Source of the DNA: a virus
Lineage: Duplodnaviria; Caudoviricetes
Virus record (IMG/VR): IMGVR_UViG_3300033067_000068
Location: 1 to 59,658 of that record
Length of the DNA: 59,658 bases
Strand: one strand, 5' to 3'
Part shown: piece by piece, positions 17,666-26,054 of the stretch
Layout of the letters: every line of letters begins with the position of its first letter
Numbering within the stretch: position 1 is the first letter of the stretch
Translations under genes and position numbers: made by a program
The notes under the pieces: model-generated
Databases searched by the model: none
What the model was told of the DNA's origin: nothing
What the model saw: only the letters and a program-made list of their open reading frames with translations

Positions 17666-19743
17666 ACACCATTGGGGCGTGGCGACATCATATTTCCTTC
17701 GCGGCCACCAACTTGACTGCCGTCAGGCAGCATGTTCTTTGGCGCTGGACCCTGTGTCATGCCCGGAGCTCCGCCTTGGAGTTCACCGGCGATCATGGCC
17801 AGCTGCTCTTGGAGCTGCGCATTTTGCTGCTGCAGCGTCTGCATGGCTGTGAGCGTTGGGCGGTCTGGCACGATGCGGTTCACGTTGCCGCTCAGGTTGC
17901 GGGCCTGCTCGCGCAAGAGCTCAGCTGCGCCGTCCATACCCACGATCTGCTGGGCCACTGGGCTGTTGAGCACCAGAGTCAGGAATTCGTTGCGGCGGAT
18001 GGCTTCGGCTTCCTTGACCACCAAGCTGGTAGCGCCCTTAGCCACAGCACGCACGTCGCCGATCAGGTCTGGGTCTTTGCTGTAGCGCAGGTTGTCTTGG
18101 TACAGGCGCTCGATAGACGGCACGATCACGCTGCGGTCGATGTTGCTGATAACCTGCTTGATGCCCTTGCCAGCGTTGGAGATCAACATGGACAAGCCAG
18201 ACGACGTGCGGCCAGCCCCGGGGGAGCTCTCGCCAGTCATGTAGCGCGGGATCATGGTGTCCTCATCAGCGCGGGCGCTGAACTTCTCGAACACGGCCAT
18301 GAGCTCGTTGGCGTTGCTCTGTGGCTGGAAGAACGTCAGCGGCTGCGAGCCGTCGTTGAACTCCGAGCTCTGGAACTGCCAGATTTTCCATGGGTACATC
18401 TCGGTGATGTCCTCGCCCGGGGGCAGGCGCGACACGTTCACACCGACTTGAGGGCCGGAGCTGATACCCATGTTGTTGGCCAAGCTGCGAGCAGCGGCGT
18501 TCACCATGTTCTGGGAGTCGCGGCACAGGTCGGCCACGCCCTTACCAGCCACAGCGCCGGGGACTTTCTCGTACGAAGTCACGTAGTATGGTTTGCGGCC
18601 CAGCGGGTCGTAGTTCAACACAGCGCGGATCACAGTCGAGCCGACCAGCCACACCTCGCAGGGGTAGTTCAGGTCTGGGTCAGGAATCTCTTTCTTCGAC
18701 AGGCCCCAGTCCAGCAGGTCGCTGCCCTTGACGCTGTCCCACATCTGAAGGGCGTCAATCAGGTCTGTCGTGAAGATGGTCTGGGTGGTGTCCTTGCCCT
18801 CAGCCGTAGCTTGAGCGCTGTCAGTCCACAGCCACTCGTTCAGGTTGCCGCTGTCAAAGCTGTTGAGCACAGCGCGGATGGCGTCGTCGTTGTACCCGGG
18901 CACGCCCATCAGAGCCTGCAGGTCTTCCCGAGTCATGCGGTGACGCTCGACGATGAAGCCGTCTTGGATGTCCGAGGCCCATGGTGCCCAGTAGAGCATG
19001 AACGGATCAACGCGCTCCCACTCGTTGCGAATCTCTTCAGACGGCACCAGTGCGCCATTCTGCCAAGCCAGTGTCTTGCGCTTGCGCTTAACCGGACCCT
19101 TGAGTACAGCGTAGGGGAATGTCACGACGTCGTCCAAGAACGAATTCAGTGCGTCGGTCCAGCCACCCTCGATGAGCTGGTCTTCCATCTTAAGCTCCAT
19201 GCGGTCAACGCGCTCGTTGGCCTCTTCACGCAGGCGGCGCATCGCTGCGTCCTTCATCTGCATAGCGGCTTCGCGCAACTGCACTGGGTCTGGAGGGGCC
19301 ATGCCCTGCTCCATCTGAGCCATCAATTGCTGCTGCATGCTAGCCATCAGCTCTTGGATCATCTCTGGTGGCAAGGTCGGCTCAGGTGTAGCCTCAAGGC
19401 TCCATGGTTTGTCGGTGCCTGTGCCCAGCAGGGTATCACGCAGCCAGCTCGTTGCGGCGCGGCACTTGACGCTTGTCAGCTGGATGTAAATCTCCGAGCC
19501 GCCTTGGCGCTTGATGTCGGCCAGTTTGTCTGGGTCGTACTCACCGTTGCGCTGGCGCAGACACTGCAGCATGCGCTCCTCGATGGTCCGCTTGGCCTCC
19601 CGGGCAGACTCCCAGCGCTTGCGTGCATGGGCGGCCAGACCCTGAATGACAGGCGTGGCCTGCATCTCTGAGTTGCGTTTCTGTGACTCGCGTTCCAGAT
19701 CAGAACTGCGAGCAACTGGGATGAGGGCGATGCCTGTAGCCAT
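17662..19743 (-). CDS. portal protein
   Basis: 693 aa after terL; NAAARSLANNMGISSGPQ, RTSSGLSML..NA.K.IK.VI.NID motifs. Confidence 0.88.
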   Translation of the reverse strand: MATGIALIPVARSSDLERESQKRNSEMQATPVIQGLAAHARKRWESAREAKRTIEERMLQCLRQRNGEYDPDKLADIKRQGGSEIYIQLTSVKCRAATSWLRDTLLGTGTDKPWSLEATPEPTLPPEMIQELMASMQQQLMAQMEQGMAPPDPVQLREAAMQMKDAAMRRLREEANERVDRMELKMEDQLIEGGWTDALNSFLDDVVTFPYAVLKGPVKRKRKTLAWQNGALVPSEEIRNEWERVDPFMLYWAPWASDIQDGFIVERHRMTREDLQALMGVPGYNDDAIRAVLNSFDSGNLNEWLWTDSAQATAEGKDTTQTIFTTDLIDALQMWDSVKGSDLLDWGLSKKEIPDPDLNYPCEVWLVGSTVIRAVLNYDPLGRKPYYVTSYEKVPGAVAGKGVADLCRDSQNMVNAAARSLANNMGISSGPQVGVNVSRLPPGEDITEMYPWKIWQFQSSEFNDGSQPLTFFQPQSNANELMAVFEKFSARADEDTMIPRYMTGESSPGAGRTSSGLSMLISNAGKGIKQVISNIDRSVIVPSIERLYQDNLRYSKDPDLIGDVRAVAKGATSLVVKEAEAIRRNEFLTLVLNSPVAQQIVGMDGAAELLREQARNLSGNVNRIVPDRPTLTAMQTLQQQNAQLQEQLAMIAGELQGGAPGMTQGPAPKNMLPDGSQVGGREGNMMSPRPNGV

Positions 19744-19752
19744 GAGTTGTCC

Positions 19753-20514
19753 TTAAATCCAAGGTGTTCCGGGAGCCCCGGCTGCAGAGCCTTTTATCAA
19801 ATAGCCCTCTTGCGAAATGCTAACAGCGCCTGTGCCAGTCTGAATTCGTGCCATGAGCTGGACGTCAGTCTTCTCCAAGAACGGACGGGGCATGACCCGC
19901 TGCGTCTCGTAGTTTATGGCAAACGGTGCCTGCTGGGTCAGCTGGACAACGCCCGCAGGACTGATTGTCTTGTTCTGGTAGGTGCAGAAGTCGTTGCCGT
20001 TGAGCGACGTATTGATGTTGATCCGGCTCAGGAAGAACGTGTAGCCTGCTGGAACTGTGTAGATGGCAGCCTGCGTGCGGCCCACTCCGGCGTTGATCTG
20101 GGCGTAGGTCACGGTGTTGGCCAAGTTCTTCAGTGTCACAACACCTGCTGGGTTTGTCGCACTGCCGACCGACACGAACATGCCGTTGATGCGCAGGTAC
20201 GAGTTGACCGTTGTCACCGGCGTAGCGCCGTTAAGCACAACACTTTCAGAGGTGATCTCGTAAGCTGCGTTCAGGCCGTTGATAGTGATTGTCGCTGTGT
20301 CCCCGGCAGTTCCAGCCAAGTTCATCTGCGTAGCAGATACCGGGTAGACATACTGAGCAGCGTTTTCCCAGATCGGGATGAACGTGGTGCCGACAGACGG
20401 CTGATAGCCGTAGATGTTGACTGTAGTGTGGCCGGGGATTTGACCCCGTGCGACTTGGAGGTTGAAATCCTCGTGTTTTCGCTCAGAGGTGGTCGACGGG
20501 TAGAAAAAAGACAT
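19753..20514 (-). CDS. hypothetical beta-rich protein
   Basis: 253-aa ORF with GGAG RBS between terL and portal. Confidence 0.7.
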   Translation of the reverse strand: MSFFYPSTTSERKHEDFNLQVARGQIPGHTTVNIYGYQPSVGTTFIPIWENAAQYVYPVSATQMNLAGTAGDTATITINGLNAAYEITSESVVLNGATPVTTVNSYLRINGMFVSVGSATNPAGVVTLKNLANTVTYAQINAGVGRTQAAIYTVPAGYTFFLSRININTSLNGNDFCTYQNKTISPAGVVQLTQQAPFAINYETQRVMPRPFLEKTDVQLMARIQTGTGAVSISQEGYLIKGSAAGAPGTPWI

Positions 20515-20561
20515 GACTGTCTCCCATAGTTACCCGCATTGTACCCCCAGCCACACCTCGG

Positions 20562-22037
20562 TCAAGTGTACGAGTACCCGGACTTCTTGATCTCCCGGCG
20601 CGTGCTGCTGAGCGTAGCGCCCCGGATATTCATGTCGATCACTGAGTCCGCGTACTGGTTGGCGTCGTGGACGTGCGAGAACGCGTTCTTGTCTGGCTTG
20701 TCTTCCATCTCCCCGGACTTTTTGATTTTGTACCGGTAGCCGTACCGGAAACCTTTGATGAGCTGCGTGCAGCTTGGGTCGATCAGGTACATCGCCTTAC
20801 CTTCCAATTGTTGAACGAGCAAGCGCTCGACCGCCTGAATCCGCTTCTCGGGGTCGTTTGTCGGTGGTTTCTGACACTTGAACCCTGCGTTTTTCACGAT
20901 ATCCACCAGCGACAACTCGCCTTGCTGCTGCTTGGCGTACCCTGCTGGGTCCGGCGCTACGAGGAACGAGCACCCCTGCATGTTGTTGGCGATGAACGGG
21001 TTGAGCTTGGTCCGCAGGAATGTCTCGATGCCCATGTTCTCTGACGTCAGCTCGGCCAGAGTCACTACGCGCCCACGGGGGTCACGTTGCTTGAACACGG
21101 CTGCCGGTGTGCGCCCGAAGTCAAGACCGATGATGACCGGGTACTCCTCACTGCGGATCGGCTTGATCCTGTCCTTGGAAACGTGGAACTCATGCGTGAA
21201 CGTCTTCTCATACACTGGTGTGCCGGACAGCGAGCGCCCGTACTCCGATCGCAGGTACACACGCAGCCAGTCTTCAGTCTTGCCCGGGATGATGTTGGGG
21301 TAGTACTGCTTGGGCAGGTGGTCGTAGTTGTCACACTCGGGGTTGACCGCCCACTCGTTGTCGTCCTTGTCCAGCAGGACTTCTTCTGGCTCCTCGCCGA
21401 ACCGCTCAAGGTACACGGACGGCTTGATGATCGCCGCTGGCTGTTTGTGGATGGCCCAGTTGCTCGGCGGATTCTCCATTTTGTCGTGCCACCATGTGTC
21501 CTCGTCGGGCATGTTGGTATCGAACAGCGCACACGACCGGGTGGGCCCACCGTCCTTGGCCGACGGGTATCGGTTCAGACGCGACAGCAGGCCGTCAACA
21601 ACTTCACTGTTGAGCTCTCGGCTCTCGTTACCCCACAGGAACGTGGTCTCCAGCGACAGCGCCTTACGCACGTCATCGGGAGTATCCAGTGGGATGAAAA
21701 TCCATTCCGACTCGACCTGAGTCCCATCGGGCAGTTTGGCCATCAGGATAAACGTCTTCTCCACAGCCTTCCAGATACCAGCCTCACCGGGCGGCAGCCA
21801 GTCGAACACCGTCTTCCGTGTGGTCAGCGCCAGCTGGTCAGCCGTGTTACGCACGATGATCGCCCGGGTCTTGCGCACTCCCTTGGCGTTAGGCGCTTGG
21901 CCACAGGCCAGACGCACCAGCTCATGTACACACGTCACCGACTTGCCGCCACCCACCGGGCCCGCCAGTACACGGACGTAGGATTCATCCAGCATGAAGT
22001 TGCGCTGGGTCTCGGTCGGTTTGTATGTACTGCTCAT
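20562..22037 (-). CDS. terL: terminase large subunit
   Basis: Walker A GPVGGGKS, IVRNT, GLDFGRTPAA RNase-H-like nuclease motif, SHVHDANQY. Confidence 0.93.
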   Translation of the reverse strand: MSSTYKPTETQRNFMLDESYVRVLAGPVGGGKSVTCVHELVRLACGQAPNAKGVRKTRAIIVRNTADQLALTTRKTVFDWLPPGEAGIWKAVEKTFILMAKLPDGTQVESEWIFIPLDTPDDVRKALSLETTFLWGNESRELNSEVVDGLLSRLNRYPSAKDGGPTRSCALFDTNMPDEDTWWHDKMENPPSNWAIHKQPAAIIKPSVYLERFGEEPEEVLLDKDDNEWAVNPECDNYDHLPKQYYPNIIPGKTEDWLRVYLRSEYGRSLSGTPVYEKTFTHEFHVSKDRIKPIRSEEYPVIIGLDFGRTPAAVFKQRDPRGRVVTLAELTSENMGIETFLRTKLNPFIANNMQGCSFLVAPDPAGYAKQQQGELSLVDIVKNAGFKCQKPPTNDPEKRIQAVERLLVQQLEGKAMYLIDPSCTQLIKGFRYGYRYKIKKSGEMEDKPDKNAFSHVHDANQYADSVIDMNIRGATLSSTRREIKKSGYSYT

Positions 22038-22189
22038 TCGTCGTCCTCCATGTGGTCTTGGATCAACTGCATCTTCACTAGGTCAAGACATCCCAGCGCT
22101 GTAGGCAGCATCATCGTGTCATCGTATCGGTGGACAACGGCCAGCAGCTCGTCTACTAACCCCTGCGTCAGGTCTCCCATGTAGTTCAC
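22034..22189 (-). CDS. 51-aa hypothetical protein
   Basis: MNYMGDLTQGLVDELLAVVHRYDDTMMLPTALGCLDLVKMQLIQDHMEDDE; GTGA/ATGA overlaps with both neighbours; not in track. Confidence 0.7.
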   Translation of the reverse strand: MNYMGDLTQGLVDELLAVVHRYDDTMMLPTALGCLDLVKMQLIQDHMEDDE

Positions 22190-22722
22190 TTGATCTCCTT
22201 GACCTCTGCATCTACAGGGCTAGTTAGCTCGCCCACGAGTGTAACGGGTGACAGTGTCTGCTGGTTGCTCAGGGATATGGACTGTCCACCCCCCAAGTCG
22301 ATGCTGATACTAAACCCGGGCCCAGTGTCCTTGACTTTTTCCTCCTTGGGCTCCAGACCGGCAGCCTTGATGAGGGTCTTCAGGACTTCATGCTTCTGGT
22401 TTAAGCTGGCATCGCCAGACGCCGCAGTGACGTACACCTGATCGAGCAACTCCCCGGCCATCCACGCCGCCTTGGCTTTGAACGTGACGCCGTTTTTCTC
22501 ATATTCGGAGCGTTTGACCTGAACTTGCAGTTGAAACCACGGCTGGGCTGCCAACTCTTGGTACTGCTCGATAGACAGTCCGTGGCGACTAGCCACGATG
22601 AGCTCGTCTTCCAGACCCAAGGCCACCGAAGCCACCATCTCCTCACTGATTTGCGGGAAAGAGACGGTTTTTGGCTTGTACTCCAGTGGTGAGTCGTCCA
22701 TGGGCATGTCATCAGCCAGCAT
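22186..22722 (-). CDS. probable terminase small subunit
   Basis: Helical protein upstream of terL, with GFSISIDLG C-terminal motif; start placed at MLADD. Confidence 0.6.
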   Translation of the reverse strand: MLADDMPMDDSPLEYKPKTVSFPQISEEMVASVALGLEDELIVASRHGLSIEQYQELAAQPWFQLQVQVKRSEYEKNGVTFKAKAAWMAGELLDQVYVTAASGDASLNQKHEVLKTLIKAAGLEPKEEKVKDTGPGFSISIDLGGGQSISLSNQQTLSPVTLVGELTSPVDAEVKEIK

Positions 22723-22882
22723 TTGCAGTCTCCGCAGCCGCTTTTTGCGCTTTTTCCACGGCCTGAGCGTATTTTTCCATGGCAATTCGGGCCATTTCTG
22801 CCGACGAAACGCCCTTTTTTACGGCCATTTGCTTGTATTTTTCGATGAGTTCTGGGGGCAAAAACAGGTTCCAGCGCTTCAT
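22712..22882 (-). CDS. ribbon-helix-helix (CopG/Arc-like) regulator
   Basis: MKRWNLFLPPELIEKYKQMAVKKGVSSAEMARIAMEKY: beta ribbon, helix, G-x-S, helix; AAGGA RBS. Confidence 0.8.
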   Translation of the reverse strand: MKRWNLFLPPELIEKYKQMAVKKGVSSAEMARIAMEKYAQAVEKAQKAAAETANAG

Positions 22883-22898
22883 TTTTGGTCCTTTTGAG

Positions 22899-22912
22899 GT
22901 GTGTATACACAC
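22899..22912. promoter_or_regulatory. palindrome GTGTGTATACACAC copy 1 (putative operator)
   Basis: Perfect 14-bp palindrome abutting a minus-strand TAGAAT (22918-22913) upstream of the RHH gene. Confidence 0.75.
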
Positions 22913-22975
22913 ATTCTACCGGGATTTTTTGTGTTTTGGGAGGATTTTAGGGGTGTTATAGGCTAAAAGTATTAC

Positions 22976-22989
22976 GTGTGTATACACAC
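22976..22989. promoter_or_regulatory. palindrome GTGTGTATACACAC copy 2
   Basis: Exact match. Confidence 0.75.
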
Positions 22990-23031
22990 AATCCTATTTT
23001 TTGGTCATGCTGTTTGAGCGCCTCGTAAGCA

Positions 23032-23074
23032 GGGGCGGGCCGGGGGGTGGGGGTGGGGGGCCTGTGGGGGGTGG
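23032..23074 (+). other. G-rich tract (multiple G runs)
   Basis: GGGGCGGGCCGGGGGGTGGGGGTGGGGGGCCTGTGGGGGGTGG. Confidence 0.8.
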
Positions 23075-23078
23075 TCCG

Positions 23079-23130
23079 GTTATCAAGGTTGCCTACTGTG
23101 TAGGGACCCTGAGTTATCAAGGTTGCCTAC
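23079..23130 (+). repeat. 18-bp direct repeat GTTATCAAGGTTGCCTAC x2
   Basis: Copies at 23079-23096 and 23113-23130. Confidence 0.9.
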
Positions 23131-23486
23131 AGTGAAGCGGTGATCGTACCGCATCGCCCCGCGATCTTTAAAAATCAACGAGTCAGTTTCATGCGCCCCG
23201 CGCTTTGTGCTTTCGCTTACATGGGTCAATCCATCGTTGGCAAGGCGTGAATAGTCACGGGCGGTCAACATGGTGCGGATTCGTGTGGGCTTCGGTCATT
23301 AAAAATTCAGTAGCGTTTTGAGAGTTTGGGTGAAGTAACTCTCCGGTATAAGTCTGCCGCATCACCTAACCCGCGATCATGCGGCATGGTGTAAACGTAC
23401 CTTGGCAGGGTACGGCGGCGGGCTATTAAGTGTGCATTGATTCACAGTGCTCACCTTGTAGCTCAACACTTTTCAAAGGAATCAAA

Positions 23487-23936
23487 ATGTCCAATCAAAT
23501 TACCGTGCAAGACTTGCAGTTGTCTATCTACAACAACGCCGAAAGCGGCGGCATGGTCACAATGAACGCCAAGGGTAAATCCGGGTCGTTCGCTCGTGCT
23601 ATCGCCTTCGCAAGCCGTGAGGCCCGGCAAAACTTGTCGGCAGGCATGATGCTTAAGCAACTGCAGAATGGTCAGTATCGCCCATTGGTGTCTGACATTC
23701 TGTCATGCGGTCTTATCCCCAAAGCCAACTTGGATTGGGTGTCTGCATCCATCCCTGCATCTGGCCCAATCAACCGCGATACCCTCATCGGTCTGTGCAA
23801 GCAAGTCAAAACTGTGTACGACAACAAGCGCACCAAGAACGGCGACCCCGTGGCGCTCAAGGGCGAAAAGGCTTTCGTCATGGGTTTCGTGCAGGCCATC
23901 GTTGCTGACGTTGCAGATACAACCATTGACGCCTAA
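23487..23936 (+). CDS. first early-arm gene, hypothetical protein
   Basis: AAGGA RBS, strongly biased codon usage, 149 aa. Confidence 0.8.
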   Translation: MSNQITVQDLQLSIYNNAESGGMVTMNAKGKSGSFARAIAFASREARQNLSAGMMLKQLQNGQYRPLVSDILSCGLIPKANLDWVSASIPASGPINRDTLIGLCKQVKTVYDNKRTKNGDPVALKGEKAFVMGFVQAIVADVADTTIDA

Positions 23937-23938
23937 TT

Positions 23939-24154
23939 ATGCGAGTCCACACAGTGCCCTTCGGGGCGCTCAATATCCCAATGCCGCCACTCGCTAAGGT
24001 CGAGGGTGTATCGAGGCTTCAAGGCGGCTTGCCGCCCATTCCTTACCGCACTGCAACCACAAGGTGGACGTCATGCACCGCCAAGTGGGGGCGTGAGCCA
24101 TTCAACTGCAAGCAAATCAAGGGCGAGGTCTTGGCCGAACGCCGCGAGGCGTGA
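23939..24154 (+). CDS. possible hypothetical protein
   Basis: 71-aa ORF directly after the previous stop; no clear RBS. Confidence 0.4.
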   Translation: MRVHTVPFGALNIPMPPLAKVEGVSRLQGGLPPIPYRTATTRWTSCTAKWGREPFNCKQIKGEVLAERREA

Positions 24155-24155
24155 G

Positions 24156-24205
24156 GTGTGTATACACACCTTTTAGGCCATGACACACCATGTGTGTATA
24201 CACAC
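24156..24205. promoter_or_regulatory. palindrome GTGTGTATACACAC copies 3 and 4
   Basis: Exact copies at 24156-24169 (extends to an 18-bp palindrome) and 24192-24205. Confidence 0.75.
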
Positions 24206-24210
24206 CTTGC

Positions 24211-24545
24211 AATTAGACAACTATCCAAGGGGGCTTTGCCCTTGTCTAATTAGGTTTCCCTTTAAAATCAATGGGTTAGACGTGCAATTAGACAATTAGA
24301 CAATTAGACAAGATTTTAGGATGCACATGACGATGCGCGTGTTGTTCCGTGAAGGCGCGTGAAGCGCGCCACAAATATCACGACCCCTAAAAATCCTGAC
24401 CCCCTCTGCCAGACTTGGATAATTCGAGTAGGGTAAACCCTAATATCCCCTCGCCAAGCCAGTATCCATGCGGGTTCCAGCCCGCCCCCTAATTATCCAA
24501 GCCCCTCAAATTTTGGATAATTGCACCCCGAACTTTTGGATAATT
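24211..24545. repeat. cluster of AATTAGACAA / AATTATCCAA motifs in both orientations
   Basis: Copies at 24211, 24242 (inv), 24286, 24294, 24302, 24415 (inv), 24491, 24513 (inv), 24536 (inv). Confidence 0.85.
24266..24278 (+). promoter_or_regulatory. IHF consensus site
   Basis: AATCAATGGGTTA matches WATCAANNNNTTR. Confidence 0.55.
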
Positions 24546-24554
24546 ACCCTCAAC

Positions 24555-24769
24555 GTGTGTATACACACCTCATGGAGATCATCATGTCCAGACAATTCTT
24601 CGTCATCCCAACCACTGAACGTGTGTATACACACATGGACGAACCCCTCGATGAACCATACGTTTTCGAGGCCACTACAGACCACAATCCACTCGACATG
24701 GATGACCCCGAGTTCTCATACCGCGAATACTTGGCCGAACGCTTTGCAAGATAACGTGTGTATACACAC
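24555..24769. promoter_or_regulatory. palindrome GTGTGTATACACAC copies 5-7
   Basis: Exact copies at 24555-24568, 24621-24634 and 24756-24769, each preceded by AAC and followed closely by ATGGA. Confidence 0.75.
24584..24754 (+). CDS. 56-aa acidic protein
   Basis: GGAG RBS; MSRQFFVIPTTERVYTHMDEPLDEPYVFE... Confidence 0.6.
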   Translation: MSRQFFVIPTTERVYTHMDEPLDEPYVFEATTDHNPLDMDDPEFSYREYLAERFAR

Positions 24770-24781
24770 ATGGAGAACCTC

Positions 24782-24979
24782 ATGGAGAACCCAGCACTAA
24801 CCATTCGCATCGAACTGCGCGACGTATATGGCAAGCAAACCGCATACCCTGTGTGCGCCACGGCACAGACATTCGCCGACATAGCCGGGACCAAAGTCCT
24901 AACTGACCAGACGCTCCTGCGCATAGCCGCCCTTGGCTACACCATCATCACAACCCAGCGTGAATGGAGAAAGCCATGA
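24782..24979 (+). CDS. small hypothetical protein
   Basis: GGAG RBS; DVYGKQTAYPVC..A..FA.IAGTK.LT...I.ALGY.I. Confidence 0.75.
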   Translation: MENPALTIRIELRDVYGKQTAYPVCATAQTFADIAGTKVLTDQTLLRIAALGYTIITTQREWRKP

Positions 24980-25101
24980 CCCTACACACCGACAGAGGAA
25001 GCGTCCCATCCGTATGGCAGGACGATGGCTTCGGGACACTGCGGCGCATCACGTTCGCATCGCTCATCGCTCGCGTATCAGCCGGGTGGAGAGAACTGTA
25101 A
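24976..25101 (+). CDS. 41-aa hypothetical protein
   Basis: MTLHTDRGSVPSVWQDDGFGTLRRITF...; overlap-coupled at both ends; not in track. Confidence 0.6.
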   Translation: MTLHTDRGSVPSVWQDDGFGTLRRITFASLIARVSAGWREL

Positions 25102-25337
25102 TGGCCGAGGAACGCAAATGCTACAAGCCCGGCGATACGTTCACACACCAGATGCTGGAGTTCGCGGCACACCATTACAACGGACATAAAGGTTGTGAGC
25201 CCTGCGTTGGAAACCTACACTTCAACGTCTGCGACATTCTGCCGAGTGGGTGCGGCAGAGATGAAGTCGTATGGAAGGCCAGAAACGAGTCGGCCAAGGT
25301 ACTGCACGTACTAATCAAACTGGAAGGAACGATATGA
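25101..25337 (+). CDS. Cys-rich hypothetical protein
   Basis: GGAG RBS; GCEPC...C...GC; ends IKLEGTI. Confidence 0.65.
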   Translation: MAEERKCYKPGDTFTHQMLEFAAHHYNGHKGCEPCVGNLHFNVCDILPSGCGRDEVVWKARNESAKVLHVLIKLEGTI

Positions 25338-25417
25338 CCTACTGGAAACTCTGCCTCGCATGGTGCGTGAGCCTAGCCATCGTCCTCATGGACCTGTTGG
25401 TGTGGAGGCCGGGATGA
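25334..25417 (+). CDS. 27-aa membrane peptide
   Basis: MTYWKLCLAWCVSLAIVLMDLLVWRPG; ATGA overlaps at both ends. Confidence 0.65.
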   Translation: MTYWKLCLAWCVSLAIVLMDLLVWRPG

Positions 25418-25653
25418 GATGGGATGACGCATTCAAAGGTGGCCACGAATGCTACCAATGGTACGACCTGCTAGAGGGTGAAGGCACTGACACAGACGAA
25501 CTGCTTGGCTACGTCAGGGAGAACTTGGTAGACCACACGTTCGTCGCACAAATCAATGACGGCCTACAACCAACAGCCAAGTTCAACAACCTCGAAGACG
25601 CCAAGGCGCACGTCGTTGCCTACTACGTAGTGCAGAAACTGGAGGGCACATGA
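25414..25653 (+). CDS. small early protein, paralog family A
   Basis: GGAGG RBS; MRWDD...KFNNLEDAKAHVVAYYVVQKLEGT. Confidence 0.7.
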   Translation: MRWDDAFKGGHECYQWYDLLEGEGTDTDELLGYVRENLVDHTFVAQINDGLQPTAKFNNLEDAKAHVVAYYVVQKLEGT

Positions 25654-25928
25654 CACACAAGTTCGTGTGGGATAGCGGCATGGCGTACATACGCTGTGTC
25701 ATCACACCCAAGGTACGCATCACCACAAAAGCGTGGGCTGGTTCAACCAAACCCCTATGGGTCGATGCTGTTGGATTCGTCAAGGTCAACGCTGAATGCT
25801 ACGAAGGACACATCTACGGCACGGTGTCACCAGCACCCCCCAAACGATTCGCCAACCTAGGCGATGCCAAGGCATACGTAGAAGAGCAAGCGCTCATCGG
25901 TCTTACGGTAAACAGACTCAACGTGTAA
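25650..25928 (+). CDS. small early protein, paralog family A
   Basis: MTHKFVWD...RFANLGDAKAYVEEQAL. Confidence 0.7.
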   Translation: MTHKFVWDSGMAYIRCVITPKVRITTKAWAGSTKPLWVDAVGFVKVNAECYEGHIYGTVSPAPPKRFANLGDAKAYVEEQALIGLTVNRLNV

Positions 25929-26054
25929 GCAGCACGACAGCTTACATACGCACAATCACGTACATATTCAGGCTACCCTGACGTTCATGCGTCACGCTCA
26001 GGGGCAGGCATCCAGACGCACATCATCTTTTCTTCAACACACAAGGAAAACATC

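Noticed and set aside
17632-19671. 679-aa plus-strand ORF (and similar long ORFs at 14912, 21087, 50639, 57843)
   Set aside because: Antisense shadows of strongly codon-biased genes; no RBS or recognisable motifs.
23135-23486. tRNA genes
   Set aside because: Hairpins are present, but no cloverleaf with T-loop and acceptor stem was recognised by eye.
24156-24769. Palindromic repeats read as a CRISPR array
   Set aside because: Repeat is only 14 bp, spacing is irregular (36, 363, 66, 135 bp), intervening DNA is partly coding, and no cas genes are present.
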